Assembly: GCF_964355755.1 (NCBI RefSeq)
Contig: NC_092680.1
Coordinates: 1,426,001 to 1,490,000, forward strand
Direction: 5' to 3'
Length of the DNA stretch: 64,000 bases
From: Antedon mediterranea
Lineage: Eukaryota; Animalia; Echinodermata
The notes under the pieces are model-generated. The model worked only from the letters and a program-made list of their open reading frames with translations, was not told where the DNA came from and ran no database searches. This document shows, piece after piece, positions 63,835 through 64,000 of this stretch (position 1 is the stretch's first letter; the number at the start of each line of letters is the position of its first letter). Position numbers and translations under genes: made by a program.

Positions 63835-64000
63835 TTGCCTCACACCTAACCTATCCTCTTGCCTTTTCCGCATGCCTCTTACATCTACAGTACCTCTCCT
63901 ATCCTCTTACTCCTGCCTTTTCCGCATGCCTCTCACACCTACAGTACCTTTCCTATTCTCTTACTCCCGTCTTTTCCGCATAAGTATGCCTGTCAAACCT
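63835..64000. repeat. Pyrimidine-rich tandem repeat, about 55-bp unit
   Basis: CCTTTTCCGCATGCCTCT..CA.CTACAGTACCT..CCTAT.CTCTTACTCC is repeated. Confidence 0.7.

Overview
This is AT-rich eukaryotic (invertebrate animal-like) genomic DNA, occupied almost entirely by one minus-strand unc-13/Munc13 gene. Its core exons run from 49414 down to the stop at 718 and join in consistent phases: post-CaM linker, C1, C2B, MUN (MHD1/MHD2), C2C. The 5' exons (CaM-binding site, N-terminus) could not be resolved in the window. The most striking signal is hidden alternative coding content that the ORF track misses. (1) Eight frame-preserving phase-1 microexons, one of them polybasic, lie between MUN and C2C, along with a 9-nt stop-containing microexon. 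(2) A second set of phase-1 cassettes sits in the C1-C2B junction, including two apparently paralogous exons. (3) A mutually exclusive exon pair lies upstream of C1. The introns carry many MITEs and non-autonomous DNA elements, a Helentron-like element, tRNA-derived sequences, an RTE-LINE-derived minisatellite and other tandem repeats. All splice calls were read by eye and need RNA-seq confirmation.
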